Below are positions 1 to 10,619 of a stretch of 64,000 bases of DNA, one piece after another. Numbering within the stretch: position 1 is the stretch's first letter; the number at the start of each line of letters is the position of its first letter. Source of the stretch: Bacteroidales bacterium. GTDB lineage: Bacteria > Bacteroidota > Bacteroidia > Bacteroidales > UBA932. A program made the position numbers and the translations under genes. The stretch is from NCBI GenBank assembly GCA_017469845.1, contig JAFUFP010000045.1, positions 90,567 through 154,566 of the forward strand. Reading direction: 5' to 3'. Under the pieces are notes generated by a model. The model saw only the letters and a program-made list of their open reading frames with translations, was not told where the DNA came from and ran no database searches.

Positions 1-231
1 ACGAGAGATGCGACCGCCTCGCGGTTGACGCCGGAGCCGGAGCGCTTTCCCGCGGGGAATCACTTCCGGCTGATACGGGATTCGAACAGAACGAGGGTTC
101 CATTTCAGGGCAGGAATTCCTGTTCGGGGAATGAAGATTGTCAACCGTAAAGCTTCTTCGGTCCTCTTCAGTTCCAAATAAACTTTTGGTCCAGAAAGAA
201 TTCCATGACATATTCTTTAGTACATTTTTTA

Positions 232-239
232 TATATTTG
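232..239 (+). promoter_or_regulatory. Bacteroidetes -7 promoter box (TATATTTG) upstream of the antitoxin-toxin pair
   Basis: Matches the TAnnTTTG consensus, 37 nt before the ATG at 276. Confidence 0.5.
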
Positions 240-275
240 CATACTAGGCAGAAAAACTATTTATCAGTTATTTTA

Positions 276-488
276 ATGAGTTACGAATACAGCATACGAA
301 TACCTGAGAGCGACAGAGCCATGTTCCGCCAATGGGCGCGTAAAATGGGTTGGAATCTTTCCCGCCCAAAGAAAGTATTTGATGAGCCCAATGCAGAAAC
401 GTTGCAGGCCTTCAAGGATATAGAAGAAGGAAAAGGATTGGAGCCTTTGGATCCTGACAATTTTGAGGAATATGTAGCTTCTCTCTGA
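276..488 (+). CDS. Type II antitoxin (DinJ/RelB-like C-terminus)
   Basis: ATG 276 inside ORF 138..488; C-terminal PNAETLQAFKDIEEGKGL motif is typical of DinJ/RelB antitoxins; stop is 2 nt before the yafQ-like toxin. Confidence 0.75.
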   Translation: MSYEYSIRIPESDRAMFRQWARKMGWNLSRPKKVFDEPNAETLQAFKDIEEGKGLEPLDPDNFEEYVASL

Positions 489-490
489 GC

Positions 491-766
491 ATGTGGAATC
501 TGATACAGACCGGGCAGTTCAAAAAAGATTTGAAACGCTACAAGAATCAGCCCGCCAAGATAAATGCGCTCGGGGTCATTTTGAAACATTTGAGCGAAAA
601 CGGAACAGTTCCCGCTTCATGCCGGCCACATGCATTGTCGGGTGATTGGTCCGGATACTACGAATGCCATATATTAAATGATTTTCTCCTCATTTGGAAG
701 GATCCGAAAACAGGAAACATATACCTGGCGCGTCTGGGGTCACACTCCGAATTGTTCGGAAAATAA
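491..766 (+). CDS. yafQ: YafQ-family (RelE superfamily) mRNA interferase toxin
   Basis: 91 aa; FKKDLK, HALSGDW..YYECHI..DFLLIW and RLGSHSELF motifs. Confidence 0.9.
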   Translation: MWNLIQTGQFKKDLKRYKNQPAKINALGVILKHLSENGTVPASCRPHALSGDWSGYYECHILNDFLLIWKDPKTGNIYLARLGSHSELFGK

Positions 767-854
767 CCGATGGATTCCCCTGTCCTGATCCGGTACAACC
801 GCCATTCGGGATCCGAATTCTCCCTCAAACGACCAGTAAAAAAACGCACACGCA

Positions 855-1946
855 ATGATCAACAACAAAGTGGTTGTCGGAATCACCGCAGGTGACGGCA
901 ACGGAATAGGATACGAAGTAATCATCAAATCTCTCGCTGACGCCAGGATCCTGGAGTCATTCACTCCCGTGATCTACGGTTCGTCCAAAGCCTTCGGCAT
1001 ACACCGGAAGAGCCTTCACAACATAGACCTCGCCGAGACGCGTCTCATCTCCTCGGCCAAGGATGCCAAAGTACGCTGCATCAACATCGTGAGCTGCGTT
1101 CCCGACAATGTCGGAATCGAACCCGGCAAGCCCACGAAGGATTCGGCGAAAGCCGCGATGATATCGCTCGGAAGGGCCATCGAAGACATAAAGCAGGGTG
1201 ACATCGACGTACTTGTGACGGCGCCCATCAACAAGAAGGCCATGAATCTGGAAGGATTCGGGCACACGGGACACACCGAGTACCTCGAGCAGGAATTCGG
1301 AGTGGACGAGGCTCTCATGTTCATGGTCAGCGACCGCCTCAAGGTGGCTGTAGTGACCGGCCATATTCCCCTGAAGGACGTTCCCACCAGCATAACTTCC
1401 GAAGGTATAGTCACCAAGCTCCGTCTGATGCAGGATTCCCTGAAGAGGGACTTCGGTGTCGTCGAGCCCAAGATCGCCGTTCTCGGCCTCAATCCCCACT
1501 GCGGCGACGGCGGACTTTTGGGAGACGAGGAGCAGAACATCATAACCCCCGCGATCGAGAAGGCGAACGCCGAAGGCATAATGGCTTTCGGTCCCTACGC
1601 TTCCGACGGATTCTTCAGCCTCGGGAACTACGCCAAATTCGACGCCACTCTCGCCATGTACCATGACCAGGGACTCGCTCCCTTCAAGGCCCTCGCCTTC
1701 GAAAGCGGAGTCAACTTCACGGCCGGTCTTCCCGTCGTGAGGACTTCCCCAGACCACGGAACGGCATACGACATGGTCGGACGCGACCAGGCCGACCCCC
1801 ACTCGATGATGCACGCCATCTATACCGCCATCGACATCTTCAGAAGCCGTCTGCGCTATGACGACCTTCTTGACGGAAGGATGGACCGCAAGTTCACCGA
1901 GAGCCAGGAAGAGGGCAAGAGGAAGGGCCGTCCCCAGATAGCATAA
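855..1946 (+). CDS. pdxA: 4-hydroxythreonine-4-phosphate dehydrogenase
   Basis: GDGNGIGYE, TAPINK, GHTEYL, GLNPHCG, YHDQG and TSPDHGTAYD motifs. Confidence 0.95.
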   Translation: MINNKVVVGITAGDGNGIGYEVIIKSLADARILESFTPVIYGSSKAFGIHRKSLHNIDLAETRLISSAKDAKVRCINIVSCVPDNVGIEPGKPTKDSAKAAMISLGRAIEDIKQGDIDVLVTAPINKKAMNLEGFGHTGHTEYLEQEFGVDEALMFMVSDRLKVAVVTGHIPLKDVPTSITSEGIVTKLRLMQDSLKRDFGVVEPKIAVLGLNPHCGDGGLLGDEEQNIITPAIEKANAEGIMAFGPYASDGFFSLGNYAKFDATLAMYHDQGLAPFKALAFESGVNFTAGLPVVRTSPDHGTAYDMVGRDQADPHSMMHAIYTAIDIFRSRLRYDDLLDGRMDRKFTESQEEGKRKGRPQIA

Positions 1947-1974
1947 GCTTTTCCCCCACCGGGGTCATGTCAAG

Positions 1975-4101
1975 ATGTACACCGACAATCTCAACTCAGA
2001 CATCCAGTTCCTGCAGGGGGTGGGGCCCAAAAGGGCCGCGCTCCTCAAAAAGGAATTGGAGATAGAGACGATCGGTGACTTCATCAGATACTATCCCTTC
2101 CGGTACATAGACCGCAGCACGATCACTCCCATCGGCGAGATAAGGAGTGAGTCGGCATACGTGCAGTTCCAGGCGCAGGTACTTTCCGTCAACGTGCCCG
2201 CTCCGGCCTCCGGAGGTAAGATGAAGAGGATATCGGCCATCGTCGGCGACAGCAGCGGACAGATGGAACTTGTCTTCTTCAAAGGACTCAAATACATCCA
2301 GGAAAGGCTGCAGGTGGGTTCCACCTGGTTGTTCTTCGGGAAGCCGAGTTACTTCAACGGCAGGATCAACATGGTCCACCCGGAGATCGACAGCCCGATA
2401 GTCCAGGGCGCGAACGACAAAAGTTCCGGAGTCATGACGGGAGTCTACCCTTCCACCGAGAAACTCAAGAACGCCGGCATCACCGGAAAGGTCATGAACC
2501 GACTGATGTCCAACGCCCTCAACCTCACCCTTCCCGAAATCAAGGAAACCCTCCCCGACTACATCATAAGGGACAAGGGACTCCTTCCCCTGAAGACAGC
2601 CCTTCTCAACATACACTTCCCCAAGGACGCATATTCCCTGGACAAGGCAACGTACCGCCTCAAGTTCGAGGAACTCTTCTTCCTGCAGCTTTCGCTCCTC
2701 AAGCAGAAGTACGTCCGCAGCAGGGCAGAGCAGGGGCTTCCGATGCCCAAAGTCGGGAAAGCCTTCAACGATTGCTACAACGCACTCCCCTACGAGCTCA
2801 CCGGTGCGCAGAAGAGGGTCATCCGTGAAATCCACACCGACCTCAAGAGCGGACACCAGATGAACCGTCTCCTTCAGGGGGACGTGGGAAGCGGCAAGAC
2901 GATGGTAGCCGTACTTTCTTCGCTCATCGCCATCGGTAACGGATACCAAGCCTGCATCATGGCCCCGACCGAGGTACTTTCACAGCAGCATTTCGCGAAC
3001 ATATCCAAATACCTCGCCCCGACCGACGTAAAGGTCGCCCTCCTTACCGGCAGCACAAAGGCTTCCGAAAGGAAGAAGATACACCAGGGCCTTCTTGACG
3101 GATCGATCGGCATCGTGGTGGGAACCCATGCGCTCATCGAAGATACGGTCCAGTTCAAGAATCTCGGCCTTGCCATCGTCGACGAGCAGCACCGTTTCGG
3201 AGTCGAGCAGAGGGCCAGGCTCTGGAACAAAACCGTCGGCGGAATCCCGCCCCATGTCCTTGTAATGACTGCGACCCCCATCCCGAGAACACTCGCCATG
3301 ACCCTGTACGGGGACCTCGACGTCTCCGTCATCGATGAGATGCCTCCGGGAAGGAAGCCCGTACTGACGATGCAGATAACGGAGCGCAGGCGCTATGCCC
3401 TCAACAAGTTCATGAAGGACCAGATAGCCCTCGGAAGGCAGGTCTTCGTAGTGTACCCGCTCATTTTCGAAAGCGAGAAAGCCGACTATGCGAACCTTGA
3501 AAAGGGTTACGAGAAGCTCGTCGAGGACTTCCCCTTCCCTCCCTACAAAGTGGCCATCGTCCACGGGAAGCAGACCAACGACGAGAAGAACTTCAACATG
3601 TCGGCATTCGCCGGCGGAAGGGCCCATATCCTGGTTTCCACGACCGTCATCGAAGTCGGAGTGGATGTGCCGAACGCCTCCGTGATGGTCATCGAAAGCG
3701 CCGAAAGGTTCGGCCTCAGCCAGCTCCACCAGCTGAGGGGCAGGGTCGGAAGAGGCTCGGACAAGTCGTACTGCGTCCTTGTGAGGGGCGACAAAGTCAG
3801 CAAGGAATCCGCCAAGAGGCTTGACCTCCTGTGCCAGACCGAGGACGGATTCGTCCTGGCGGAAGAGGACATGAAGATGAGGGGACCCGGAGACCTCGAA
3901 GGGACCCAGCAGAGCGGACTTCCCGTTTCCCTCAACATCGCCTCCGTAGCCAAGGACGGAAGGATCCTCCAGGATGCGAGGGACTATGCGGAAAAAGTAC
4001 TGGAAAGCGATCCTCTCCTTTCCAGCCAAAGGAACGAGCCCCTTGTCCAGGAGCTGGGGAAAGACAAATACCGGAGGGACGACTTCAGCAACATCAGCTG
4101 A
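1975..4101 (+). CDS. recG: ATP-dependent DNA helicase RecG
   Basis: Wedge domain; QGDVGSGKT Walker A, DEQH box, MTATPIPRT, QLRGRVGR, TEDGF..AEED..RGPG (TRG) motif. Confidence 0.97.
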   Translation: MYTDNLNSDIQFLQGVGPKRAALLKKELEIETIGDFIRYYPFRYIDRSTITPIGEIRSESAYVQFQAQVLSVNVPAPASGGKMKRISAIVGDSSGQMELVFFKGLKYIQERLQVGSTWLFFGKPSYFNGRINMVHPEIDSPIVQGANDKSSGVMTGVYPSTEKLKNAGITGKVMNRLMSNALNLTLPEIKETLPDYIIRDKGLLPLKTALLNIHFPKDAYSLDKATYRLKFEELFFLQLSLLKQKYVRSRAEQGLPMPKVGKAFNDCYNALPYELTGAQKRVIREIHTDLKSGHQMNRLLQGDVGSGKTMVAVLSSLIAIGNGYQACIMAPTEVLSQQHFANISKYLAPTDVKVALLTGSTKASERKKIHQGLLDGSIGIVVGTHALIEDTVQFKNLGLAIVDEQHRFGVEQRARLWNKTVGGIPPHVLVMTATPIPRTLAMTLYGDLDVSVIDEMPPGRKPVLTMQITERRRYALNKFMKDQIALGRQVFVVYPLIFESEKADYANLEKGYEKLVEDFPFPPYKVAIVHGKQTNDEKNFNMSAFAGGRAHILVSTTVIEVGVDVPNASVMVIESAERFGLSQLHQLRGRVGRGSDKSYCVLVRGDKVSKESAKRLDLLCQTEDGFVLAEEDMKMRGPGDLEGTQQSGLPVSLNIASVAKDGRILQDARDYAEKVLESDPLLSSQRNEPLVQELGKDKYRRDDFSNIS

Positions 4102-4137
4102 TCCGTCTTCCTTCCATAACTCCCGACAGGACAAATC

Positions 4138-4830
4138 ATGACTTCATACAATGCCAGAATAGAGATATGCTGCCCTTCAGCGGAAGCCGCATTCGCGGCA
4201 GAGAAAGCGAGGGCAAACCGGATAGAACTTTGCAGGAATCTTGAAACCGGAGGATTGACCCCGTCCGAAGGGGACATAATGAAGGTGGCCAATATCCTCG
4301 ACATCCCGGTCAATGTCCTCATCCGCCCCAGGGAAGGGACTTTCGTGTACAATGAAGAGGAAGTCTTCCAAATGCTGAAATCCATCTACTTCTGCGGAAT
4401 CACCGGAGCGGTCAACGGAGTCGTTATCGGAGCCCTCACGGAAGACGGGAATGTCGATGTGGATGCCTGCCGGAAAATGATCGCACAGGCGCGGGAATTC
4501 AGAATGGAAGTGACGTTCCATAGGGCCATAGATGAACCCGGGGACATCTTCGCAAGACTTCAGGACGTAATCAACTTGGGTGTCGACAGGGTGCTCTCCT
4601 CAGGAGGAGCTCCCACGGCCGAACAAGGTGCCGAGACCCTCGCCGAAATGGTCAAACTCTCCGGAAAGAGGGTATCGGTGATGCCGGGATGCGGAGTGAC
4701 CCCAGAAAACGCCTCCCGTATCCTCGATATTACCAAGGCACATGAAATCCACGGCTCCAGGATCGGAATCATCGACGTGCTCCATCCCAGAGGGAACCAG
4801 CCATCCAAAAAGAAAAAGAAGAAAGCCTAG
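4138..4830 (+). CDS. cutC: CutC-family protein
   Basis: RIELC..L..GGLTPS, VLIRPREG.F.Y, TFHRAID and RVLSSGG motifs. Confidence 0.9.
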   Translation: MTSYNARIEICCPSAEAAFAAEKARANRIELCRNLETGGLTPSEGDIMKVANILDIPVNVLIRPREGTFVYNEEEVFQMLKSIYFCGITGAVNGVVIGALTEDGNVDVDACRKMIAQAREFRMEVTFHRAIDEPGDIFARLQDVINLGVDRVLSSGGAPTAEQGAETLAEMVKLSGKRVSVMPGCGVTPENASRILDITKAHEIHGSRIGIIDVLHPRGNQPSKKKKKKA

Positions 4831-5855
4831 CGGACAGACTCAAGGAAAGCCGCCAGCTCCGTAAAGAAAACGTCACGGTAAGGTTTTCCGAGGGTGTCAT
4901 TCCCGTAGGGTTCCCTCCGGAATCCCCATCCGTGTCCGCCGGCGGGATAGATGTGCATCTGGGCGGGGACATTCTTCTCCTTCAGAGCCTCGAAATACAG
5001 TATGCTGTTCTTCGGCGGAACGGTGGTGTCGTTCTCGCTAAGGGCCAAGAAGGTCGGCGGCACGCCTTCATGCACCTGGTACTGCAGGGAATATTTTTTG
5101 ACCTGGGCGTTATACCTGGCCATCCTCTCTTCGTACTCTTCATCGGAGATTCCCTTGGCGAAATAGGATTCCTTCTCCCCTATGAGATTGTCATGGGTCC
5201 CCTGATGGGTAAGACCTGCCTCCAAAGAGATCACCGGATAGATGAGGACGGAGAAATCCGGTCTCGTCACCTCGTCGTCATAATACACCGAAGCGGTTGC
5301 GGCGAGATGTCCTCCCGCAGAGAATCCCATGATTCCCATGCTTTTTATCCCCCACTCCTCCGCATGGTGGCGGCAGTAGCGGAAAGCGTTCTGCACGTCA
5401 TGCAGAGGAATCGCGTCATTGGTTTTCGGGAGACGGTACTTAACGACGCAGACCGTTATTCCCTTGTCGACAAGCCAATCCGCGACGCAGCTTCCCTCGT
5501 TCCACATCGACACCATGAAATATCCCCCGCCGGGACATACTACGACCATCTGTCCGTTGGGCTTCTTGGGGAAATAAAGGTCCAGGCACGCACCGTTACC
5601 TATATTATATGTGTCACCGTATCCGGGGGAAGTTTCTTCTCCCCGAAGACCGTTGTCAACCAGAGGGCCGGATGTGATCTTCACTCCGTTTTCGGTTATA
5701 CCTTCATCAACCTCCTGACCCTTAGGATACAGAAGGACGGTCCTGGAAGGTTTGACAGGTTCTTTCTTTTTGGGGGCAGCGCCTGAAGCGATACCGAAGA
5801 AGAGGGAAACTGACATGGCTATCAAAAAAGCGAGATGATGACGATGATTTTTCAT
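4827..5855 (-). CDS. Secreted alpha/beta hydrolase (carbohydrate esterase-like)
   Basis: Likely start ATG 5855 followed by a signal peptide; CPGGGY oxyanion loop, GFSAGG nucleophile, ENDTTV (Asp) and GGHGWG (His). Confidence 0.85.
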   Translation of the reverse strand: MKNHRHHLAFLIAMSVSLFFGIASGAAPKKKEPVKPSRTVLLYPKGQEVDEGITENGVKITSGPLVDNGLRGEETSPGYGDTYNIGNGACLDLYFPKKPNGQMVVVCPGGGYFMVSMWNEGSCVADWLVDKGITVCVVKYRLPKTNDAIPLHDVQNAFRYCRHHAEEWGIKSMGIMGFSAGGHLAATASVYYDDEVTRPDFSVLIYPVISLEAGLTHQGTHDNLIGEKESYFAKGISDEEYEERMARYNAQVKKYSLQYQVHEGVPPTFLALSENDTTVPPKNSILYFEALKEKNVPAQMHIYPAGGHGWGFRREPYGNDTLGKPYRDVFFTELAAFLESVR

Positions 5856-5996
5856 GGGAAAGGATCTTTTCGCCGTAAATATATCAAATTCTTCGGAGCA
5901 GCCGGCATCAACCCGACTATATTGTATACGATTCACCCGTATACAACGGAAGGGACCCTTCCGGATCCCTTCGCGTTCTGGTATTTCAACAAGAGA

Positions 5997-8900
5997 CTAC
6001 TCCTTGCCGGAGAGTTTCTTGTAGGTGTTGTAGCGGATCTTCGCGAACTCCTCGGTCTTCTGCAGAAGTTCCTCAGCCCTGTCGGGGAAGAGCTTGTACA
6101 GAGAAGAGAAGCGGACCTCTCCCTTGAGGAAGTCCTGGAACTTGGTCCAGTCGGGTTCCTTGCTGTCAAGGGTGAAGGGGTTCTTGCCCTGCTCCTCGAG
6201 AAGAGGATTGTAGCGGTACAGATGCCAGTAACCGCAATCAACGGCGAGTTTCTCCTCCTTCTGGCTCAGACCCATACCTGCCCTGAGACCATGGTTGATA
6301 CAAGGGGCGTATGCGATGATGAGTGAAGGTCCGTCATAAGCCTCAGCCTCCTTGATGGCGTTGAGGTACTGGACGGGGCTTGAACCCATGGCGACCTGTG
6401 CGACATAGACGTAGCCGTAGCTCATCGCCATCATACCGAGATCCTTCTTGCGGATCTTCTTACCTGAAGCGGCGAACTTGGCGATAGCGCCTGCAGGGGT
6501 AGACTTGGATGACTGTCCACCGGTGTTGGAGTAGACCTCAGTATCGAGGACGAGCACGTTCACGTTCTCACCGGAAGCGAGGACATGGTCGAGACCGCCG
6601 TAACCGATATCGTAAGCCCAACCGTCACCACCGAATATCCACTGGCTGCGTGAAGGGATGAAATGCCTGTACTCGAAGAGTTTGGCGGCGATGTCGCACT
6701 TGCACTCCTTCAGAAGCGGAACGAGCTTGTCGGCAACCTCACGGGTAACGGCAGCGTTGTTCTTGTTGTCTAGCCACTGGGTGTAGAGGGCCTTCATCTC
6801 GTCAGAGCACTTCTCGCACTCGAGGCCTTCCTTCATAAGACGCTCGACGGTCTCACGTGCGCGGTCAGAACCGAGCTTCATACCGAGACCGAATTCGGCG
6901 TTGTCCTCGAACAGGGAGTTCTGCCATGCGGGGCCGTGTCCCTTCTCGTTGGTGCAGTAAGGTGAAGCGGGGAAGGAAGCTCCGTAGATTGAAGAACAAC
7001 CGGTAGCGTTGGCGATCATCATGTGGTCACCGAAGAGCTGGGTGATGTTCTTGATGTAAGGAGTCTCACCGCAACCTGAGCAAGCTCCGGAGAACTCGAA
7101 CAGAGGCTGAGCGAACTGGGCGTTCTTGACATTGGCGGCCTTGTTGACGACATTCTCCTTGTAACCGACCTTGTTGTTGAGGTAGTTGAAGTTGTCCTGC
7201 TCGCCTTCCTGTCCCTGGTAAGGAACCATCTTGAGAGCCTTTGTCTTGGCGATACATACGTCGACGCAGTTACCGCAACCGGTACAGTCGGCCACTGAGA
7301 TCGAGAGAGCGAACTTGTACTCCTTGAGGGGACCGTTGCCCTGCTTTGTCTTGATGGAAGCGGGAGCGGCGGCAGCCTCTTCTTCGGTGAGGAGGAAAGG
7401 ACGGATAGCTGCGTGAGGGCAGACGAATGCGCAGGTGTTGCACTGGATACAGTTCTCGCTGATCCACTCGGGAACATTGACCGCTACTCCCCTCTTCTCG
7501 TATGCGGAAGTGCCTGAAGGCATGGTTCCGTCGGCATACTGGAGGAATGAGCTGACGGGAAGTGAATCTCCGTTCTGTGCGTTGACGATGTCGGCGACCT
7601 TCTTGACGAACTCGGGAGCGAAGCGGTCCTTGTTGGGGTTCTCGAACTTGGCTGTGATGTTTGCCCACTCTGCGGGAACTTCGACCTTGGTGTACTCACC
7701 ACCGCGGTCAACGGCTGCGTAGTTCATGTTGACAACGTTCTCACCCTTCTTGCCGTAGCTCTTGACGATAGCTTCCTTCATGTACTTCACGGCGTCCTCG
7801 TAAGGGATGATGCCGGTGATCTTGAAGAATGCGCTCTGGAGGATGGTGTTGGTCCTTCCGCCGAGGCCGATTTCTGCAGCGATCTTGGTGGCGTTGATGA
7901 TATAGAGGTTGATGTGCTTGCTGCCGATGATGGCCTTCACATTGTCAGGGATCCTCTTGATGGTCTCTTCCTCATCCCAGAGGCTGTTCAGAAGGAGGGT
8001 ACCGCCTTCCTTGATTCCCTTGAGGACATCATACTTCTGGAGGTATGAAGGAACGTGGCAAGCCACGAAGTCGGGAGTTGAAACGAGGTAAGGAGCCTTG
8101 ATGGGGAGTTTACCGAAACGGAGGTGTGAGCAGGTGTATCCGCCGGACTTCTTGGAGTCGTAGTCGAAATAAGCCTGGCTGTAGAGGTCGGTGTGGCTAC
8201 CGATGATCTTGATGGTGTTCTTGTTGGCACCGACTGTTCCGTCGGAACCGAGGCCGTAGAACTTGCACTCGGTGGTGCCGGGCTTCACGATGGAAATCTC
8301 TTCCTTGATGGGGAGGGACTTGAAGGTGACGTCATCGACGATACCGATGGTGAAGTCAGCCTTGGGCTGCTTGAGTGCGAGGTTGTCGTAAACTGCGACG
8401 ATCTGTGCGGGAGTGGTGTCCTTCGAAGAAAGGCCGTAACGTCCGCCGATGATGTAAGGAGTGTTCTCCTTGCCCTGGAAGAGGGCCTTGACATCGAGGA
8501 AGAGGGGCTCTCCGAGAGCTCCGGGCTCCTTGGTCCTGTCGAGGACAGCGATCCTCTTGACGGAAGCGGGGAGAACCTTGAGGAAGTACTTCTCTGAGAA
8601 AGGCCTGTAGAGGTGGACGGTGATGAGACCGACCTTGCGGCCCTGGGCTGCGAGATAGTCGATGGTTTCCTTGATGGTCTCGGTGACGGAACCCATGGCT
8701 ACGATGATGTTCTCGGCATCCTCTGCTCCGTAGTATGTGAAGGGACGGTATTCCCTGCCGGTGACTTCGCTGATCTCACCCATGTAACGGGCTACGATAT
8801 CAGGAACCGCATCGTAGAACTGGTTGCGGGACTCAACTGCCTGGAAGTAGACGTCACCGTTCTGGGCGGTACCCCTTGTGACGGGAGCGTCGGGGTTGAG

Positions 8901-9527
8901 AGCCCTTGCACGGAAGTTCTCCAGAGCCTTTGTGCTTACCATCTCACGGAGGTCGTTCTCATCGAGAGCCTCGATCTTCTGGATTTCGTGCGAAGTACGG
9001 AATCCGTCGAAGAAGTGGAGGAAAGGAAGGCTTGCCTTGATTGCTGAGAGGTGCGCTACGGCGGCGAGGTCGTGAGCTTCCTGGACAGACCCTGAAGCGA
9101 GCATCGCGAAGCCGGTCTGGCGGCAAGCCATCACATCCTGGTGGTCTCCGAAGATACTGAGGGCATGGGAAGCGAGGGCACGTGCGGAAACGTGGAAGAC
9201 TGCGGGAAGCATCTCACCTGCGATCTTGTACATGTTGGGGATCATCAGGAGGAGACCCTGGGAAGCGGTGTAGGTCGTGGTGAGGACACCGGCCTGCAGA
9301 GAGCCGTGCACGGTACCTGAAGCACCGGCCTCGGACTGCATTTCGGTAACCTTCACGGTCTCGCCCCAGAGGTTCTTCTTTCCGTAGGCGGCCCACTCGT
9401 CTATGTTCTCAGCCATAGGAGAGGAAGGGGTGATAGGATAGATGGCCGCATGCTCGCTGAACAGATATGCGATGTTGGCGACTGCGGTATTACCGTCACA
9501 GGTAATGAATTTCTTTTCTTTGGCCAT
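5997..9527 (-). CDS. nifJ: Pyruvate:ferredoxin (flavodoxin) oxidoreductase
   Basis: 1176 aa; YPITPSS, two CxxCxxCxxxCP/C ferredoxin motifs, FSGACSGCGETPY, GGDGWAYDIG TPP motif. Confidence 0.97.
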   Translation of the reverse strand: MAKEKKFITCDGNTAVANIAYLFSEHAAIYPITPSSPMAENIDEWAAYGKKNLWGETVKVTEMQSEAGASGTVHGSLQAGVLTTTYTASQGLLLMIPNMYKIAGEMLPAVFHVSARALASHALSIFGDHQDVMACRQTGFAMLASGSVQEAHDLAAVAHLSAIKASLPFLHFFDGFRTSHEIQKIEALDENDLREMVSTKALENFRARALNPDAPVTRGTAQNGDVYFQAVESRNQFYDAVPDIVARYMGEISEVTGREYRPFTYYGAEDAENIIVAMGSVTETIKETIDYLAAQGRKVGLITVHLYRPFSEKYFLKVLPASVKRIAVLDRTKEPGALGEPLFLDVKALFQGKENTPYIIGGRYGLSSKDTTPAQIVAVYDNLALKQPKADFTIGIVDDVTFKSLPIKEEISIVKPGTTECKFYGLGSDGTVGANKNTIKIIGSHTDLYSQAYFDYDSKKSGGYTCSHLRFGKLPIKAPYLVSTPDFVACHVPSYLQKYDVLKGIKEGGTLLLNSLWDEEETIKRIPDNVKAIIGSKHINLYIINATKIAAEIGLGGRTNTILQSAFFKITGIIPYEDAVKYMKEAIVKSYGKKGENVVNMNYAAVDRGGEYTKVEVPAEWANITAKFENPNKDRFAPEFVKKVADIVNAQNGDSLPVSSFLQYADGTMPSGTSAYEKRGVAVNVPEWISENCIQCNTCAFVCPHAAIRPFLLTEEEAAAAPASIKTKQGNGPLKEYKFALSISVADCTGCGNCVDVCIAKTKALKMVPYQGQEGEQDNFNYLNNKVGYKENVVNKAANVKNAQFAQPLFEFSGACSGCGETPYIKNITQLFGDHMMIANATGCSSIYGASFPASPYCTNEKGHGPAWQNSLFEDNAEFGLGMKLGSDRARETVERLMKEGLECEKCSDEMKALYTQWLDNKNNAAVTREVADKLVPLLKECKCDIAAKLFEYRHFIPSRSQWIFGGDGWAYDIGYGGLDHVLASGENVNVLVLDTEVYSNTGGQSSKSTPAGAIAKFAASGKKIRKKDLGMMAMSYGYVYVAQVAMGSSPVQYLNAIKEAEAYDGPSLIIAYAPCINHGLRAGMGLSQKEEKLAVDCGYWHLYRYNPLLEEQGKNPFTLDSKEPDWTKFQDFLKGEVRFSSLYKLFPDRAEELLQKTEEFAKIRYNTYKKLSGKE

Positions 9528-9567
9528 ATTGTTATTAAAATGATGATTATTTGATACTTACGAATAT

Positions 9568-10455
9568 CTAAATCGTAGTGATTCCTTCGATGGTGACACT
9601 TCCGCCGGAGATTCTCTTGACGAGACCCTGGAGAACCGCACCGGGACCGATCTCCATGAAGTAGTCGGCGCCGTCGGCGATCATGTTATGGACGGACTGG
9701 GTCCACTTGACGGGGGAAGTGAGCTGGCGGAGAAGATTCTCCTTGATGACGACGGGGTCGGTTTCGGCCTTGGCGGAAACGTTCTGGTAGATCGGGCAGA
9801 CGGGGCTCTTCACGTCGGTAGCCTCGATCGCTTTGCCGAGTTCAACCCTGGCGGGTTCCATGAGAGGGCTGTGGAAAGCTCCTCCAACCGAAAGGGGAAG
9901 TGCCCTCTTGGCACCTGCTTCCTTGGCGAGAGCGCAGGCGGCAGCGATGGCTTCCTTCTCACCGGAGATGACGATCTGACCGTCGCAGTTGTAGTTGGCG
10001 GGGATGACGATACCTTCGACCGATGCGCAAAGCTCCTCAACCTTCTCGTTGGGGAGGCCTATGATGGCTGCCATTCCTCCGGGAACCTTCTCGCAGCATT
10101 TCTGCATCTCGGTGGCCCTTATGTAGACTAGACGGAGAGCGTCCTCGAAGGCGACGGCGCCGCTCGCGGCGAGTGCCGAGAATTCTCCGAGGGAATGTCC
10201 GGCTACCATGTCCGGCTTGAATCCGTCATAGCAAGAAGCGAGGACTACGGAATGGAGGAAAATGGCGGGCTGGGTGACGCGGGTCGCACGGAGGTCCTCG
10301 TCAGTGCCGTCGAACATTATGTCTGTTATTCTGAATCCGAGGACTTCATTCGCCCTCTCAAGCATTTCCTTGGCTTGGTGGTTGCTTTCGTAAAGTTGTT
10401 TAGCCATACCAGGGAACTGTGATCCCTGGCCGGGGAAAACATAAGCTTTCTTCAT
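9568..10455 (-). CDS. fabD: Malonyl-CoA:ACP transacylase
   Basis: FPGQGSQ, GHSLGE, GAFHSPLM and EIGPG motifs. Confidence 0.95.
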   Translation of the reverse strand: MKKAYVFPGQGSQFPGMAKQLYESNHQAKEMLERANEVLGFRITDIMFDGTDEDLRATRVTQPAIFLHSVVLASCYDGFKPDMVAGHSLGEFSALAASGAVAFEDALRLVYIRATEMQKCCEKVPGGMAAIIGLPNEKVEELCASVEGIVIPANYNCDGQIVISGEKEAIAAACALAKEAGAKRALPLSVGGAFHSPLMEPARVELGKAIEATDVKSPVCPIYQNVSAKAETDPVVIKENLLRQLTSPVKWTQSVHNMIADGADYFMEIGPGAVLQGLVKRISGGSVTIEGITTI

Positions 10456-10529
10456 AAATGAACTGTTTTTTCAGTAGTTGTACACGTATTATATATAGTC
10501 TTGCAAATCTACTAAAAAAACCGCTAATC

Positions 10530-10559
10530 CGGAAAGTTTTCTCGGAGAAAGTCTTTCCG
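10530..10559 (-). terminator. Probable hairpin terminator after the TlpA-like gene
   Basis: cggaaag...ctttccg inverted repeat with an inner ttctc/gagaa stem, next to an A-run (U-run on the minus strand). Confidence 0.4.
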
Positions 10560-10619
10560 CTCTACAAGCCAACATGTTACCAGGGCAATCAGCCGGGAAA
10601 ATGATGCCCGGGAAGAGAC

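Noticed and set aside
1-211. Open minus-strand frame from ATG 211 to the window edge (MSWNSFWTKSLFG...)
   Set aside because: Only 70 codons visible, Ser/Pro-rich, no recognisable motif; cannot be supported as a gene from this window.
4827-4830. Overlapping convergent stop codons of cutC and the esterase (CTAG)
   Set aside because: Common compact arrangement with no further signal.
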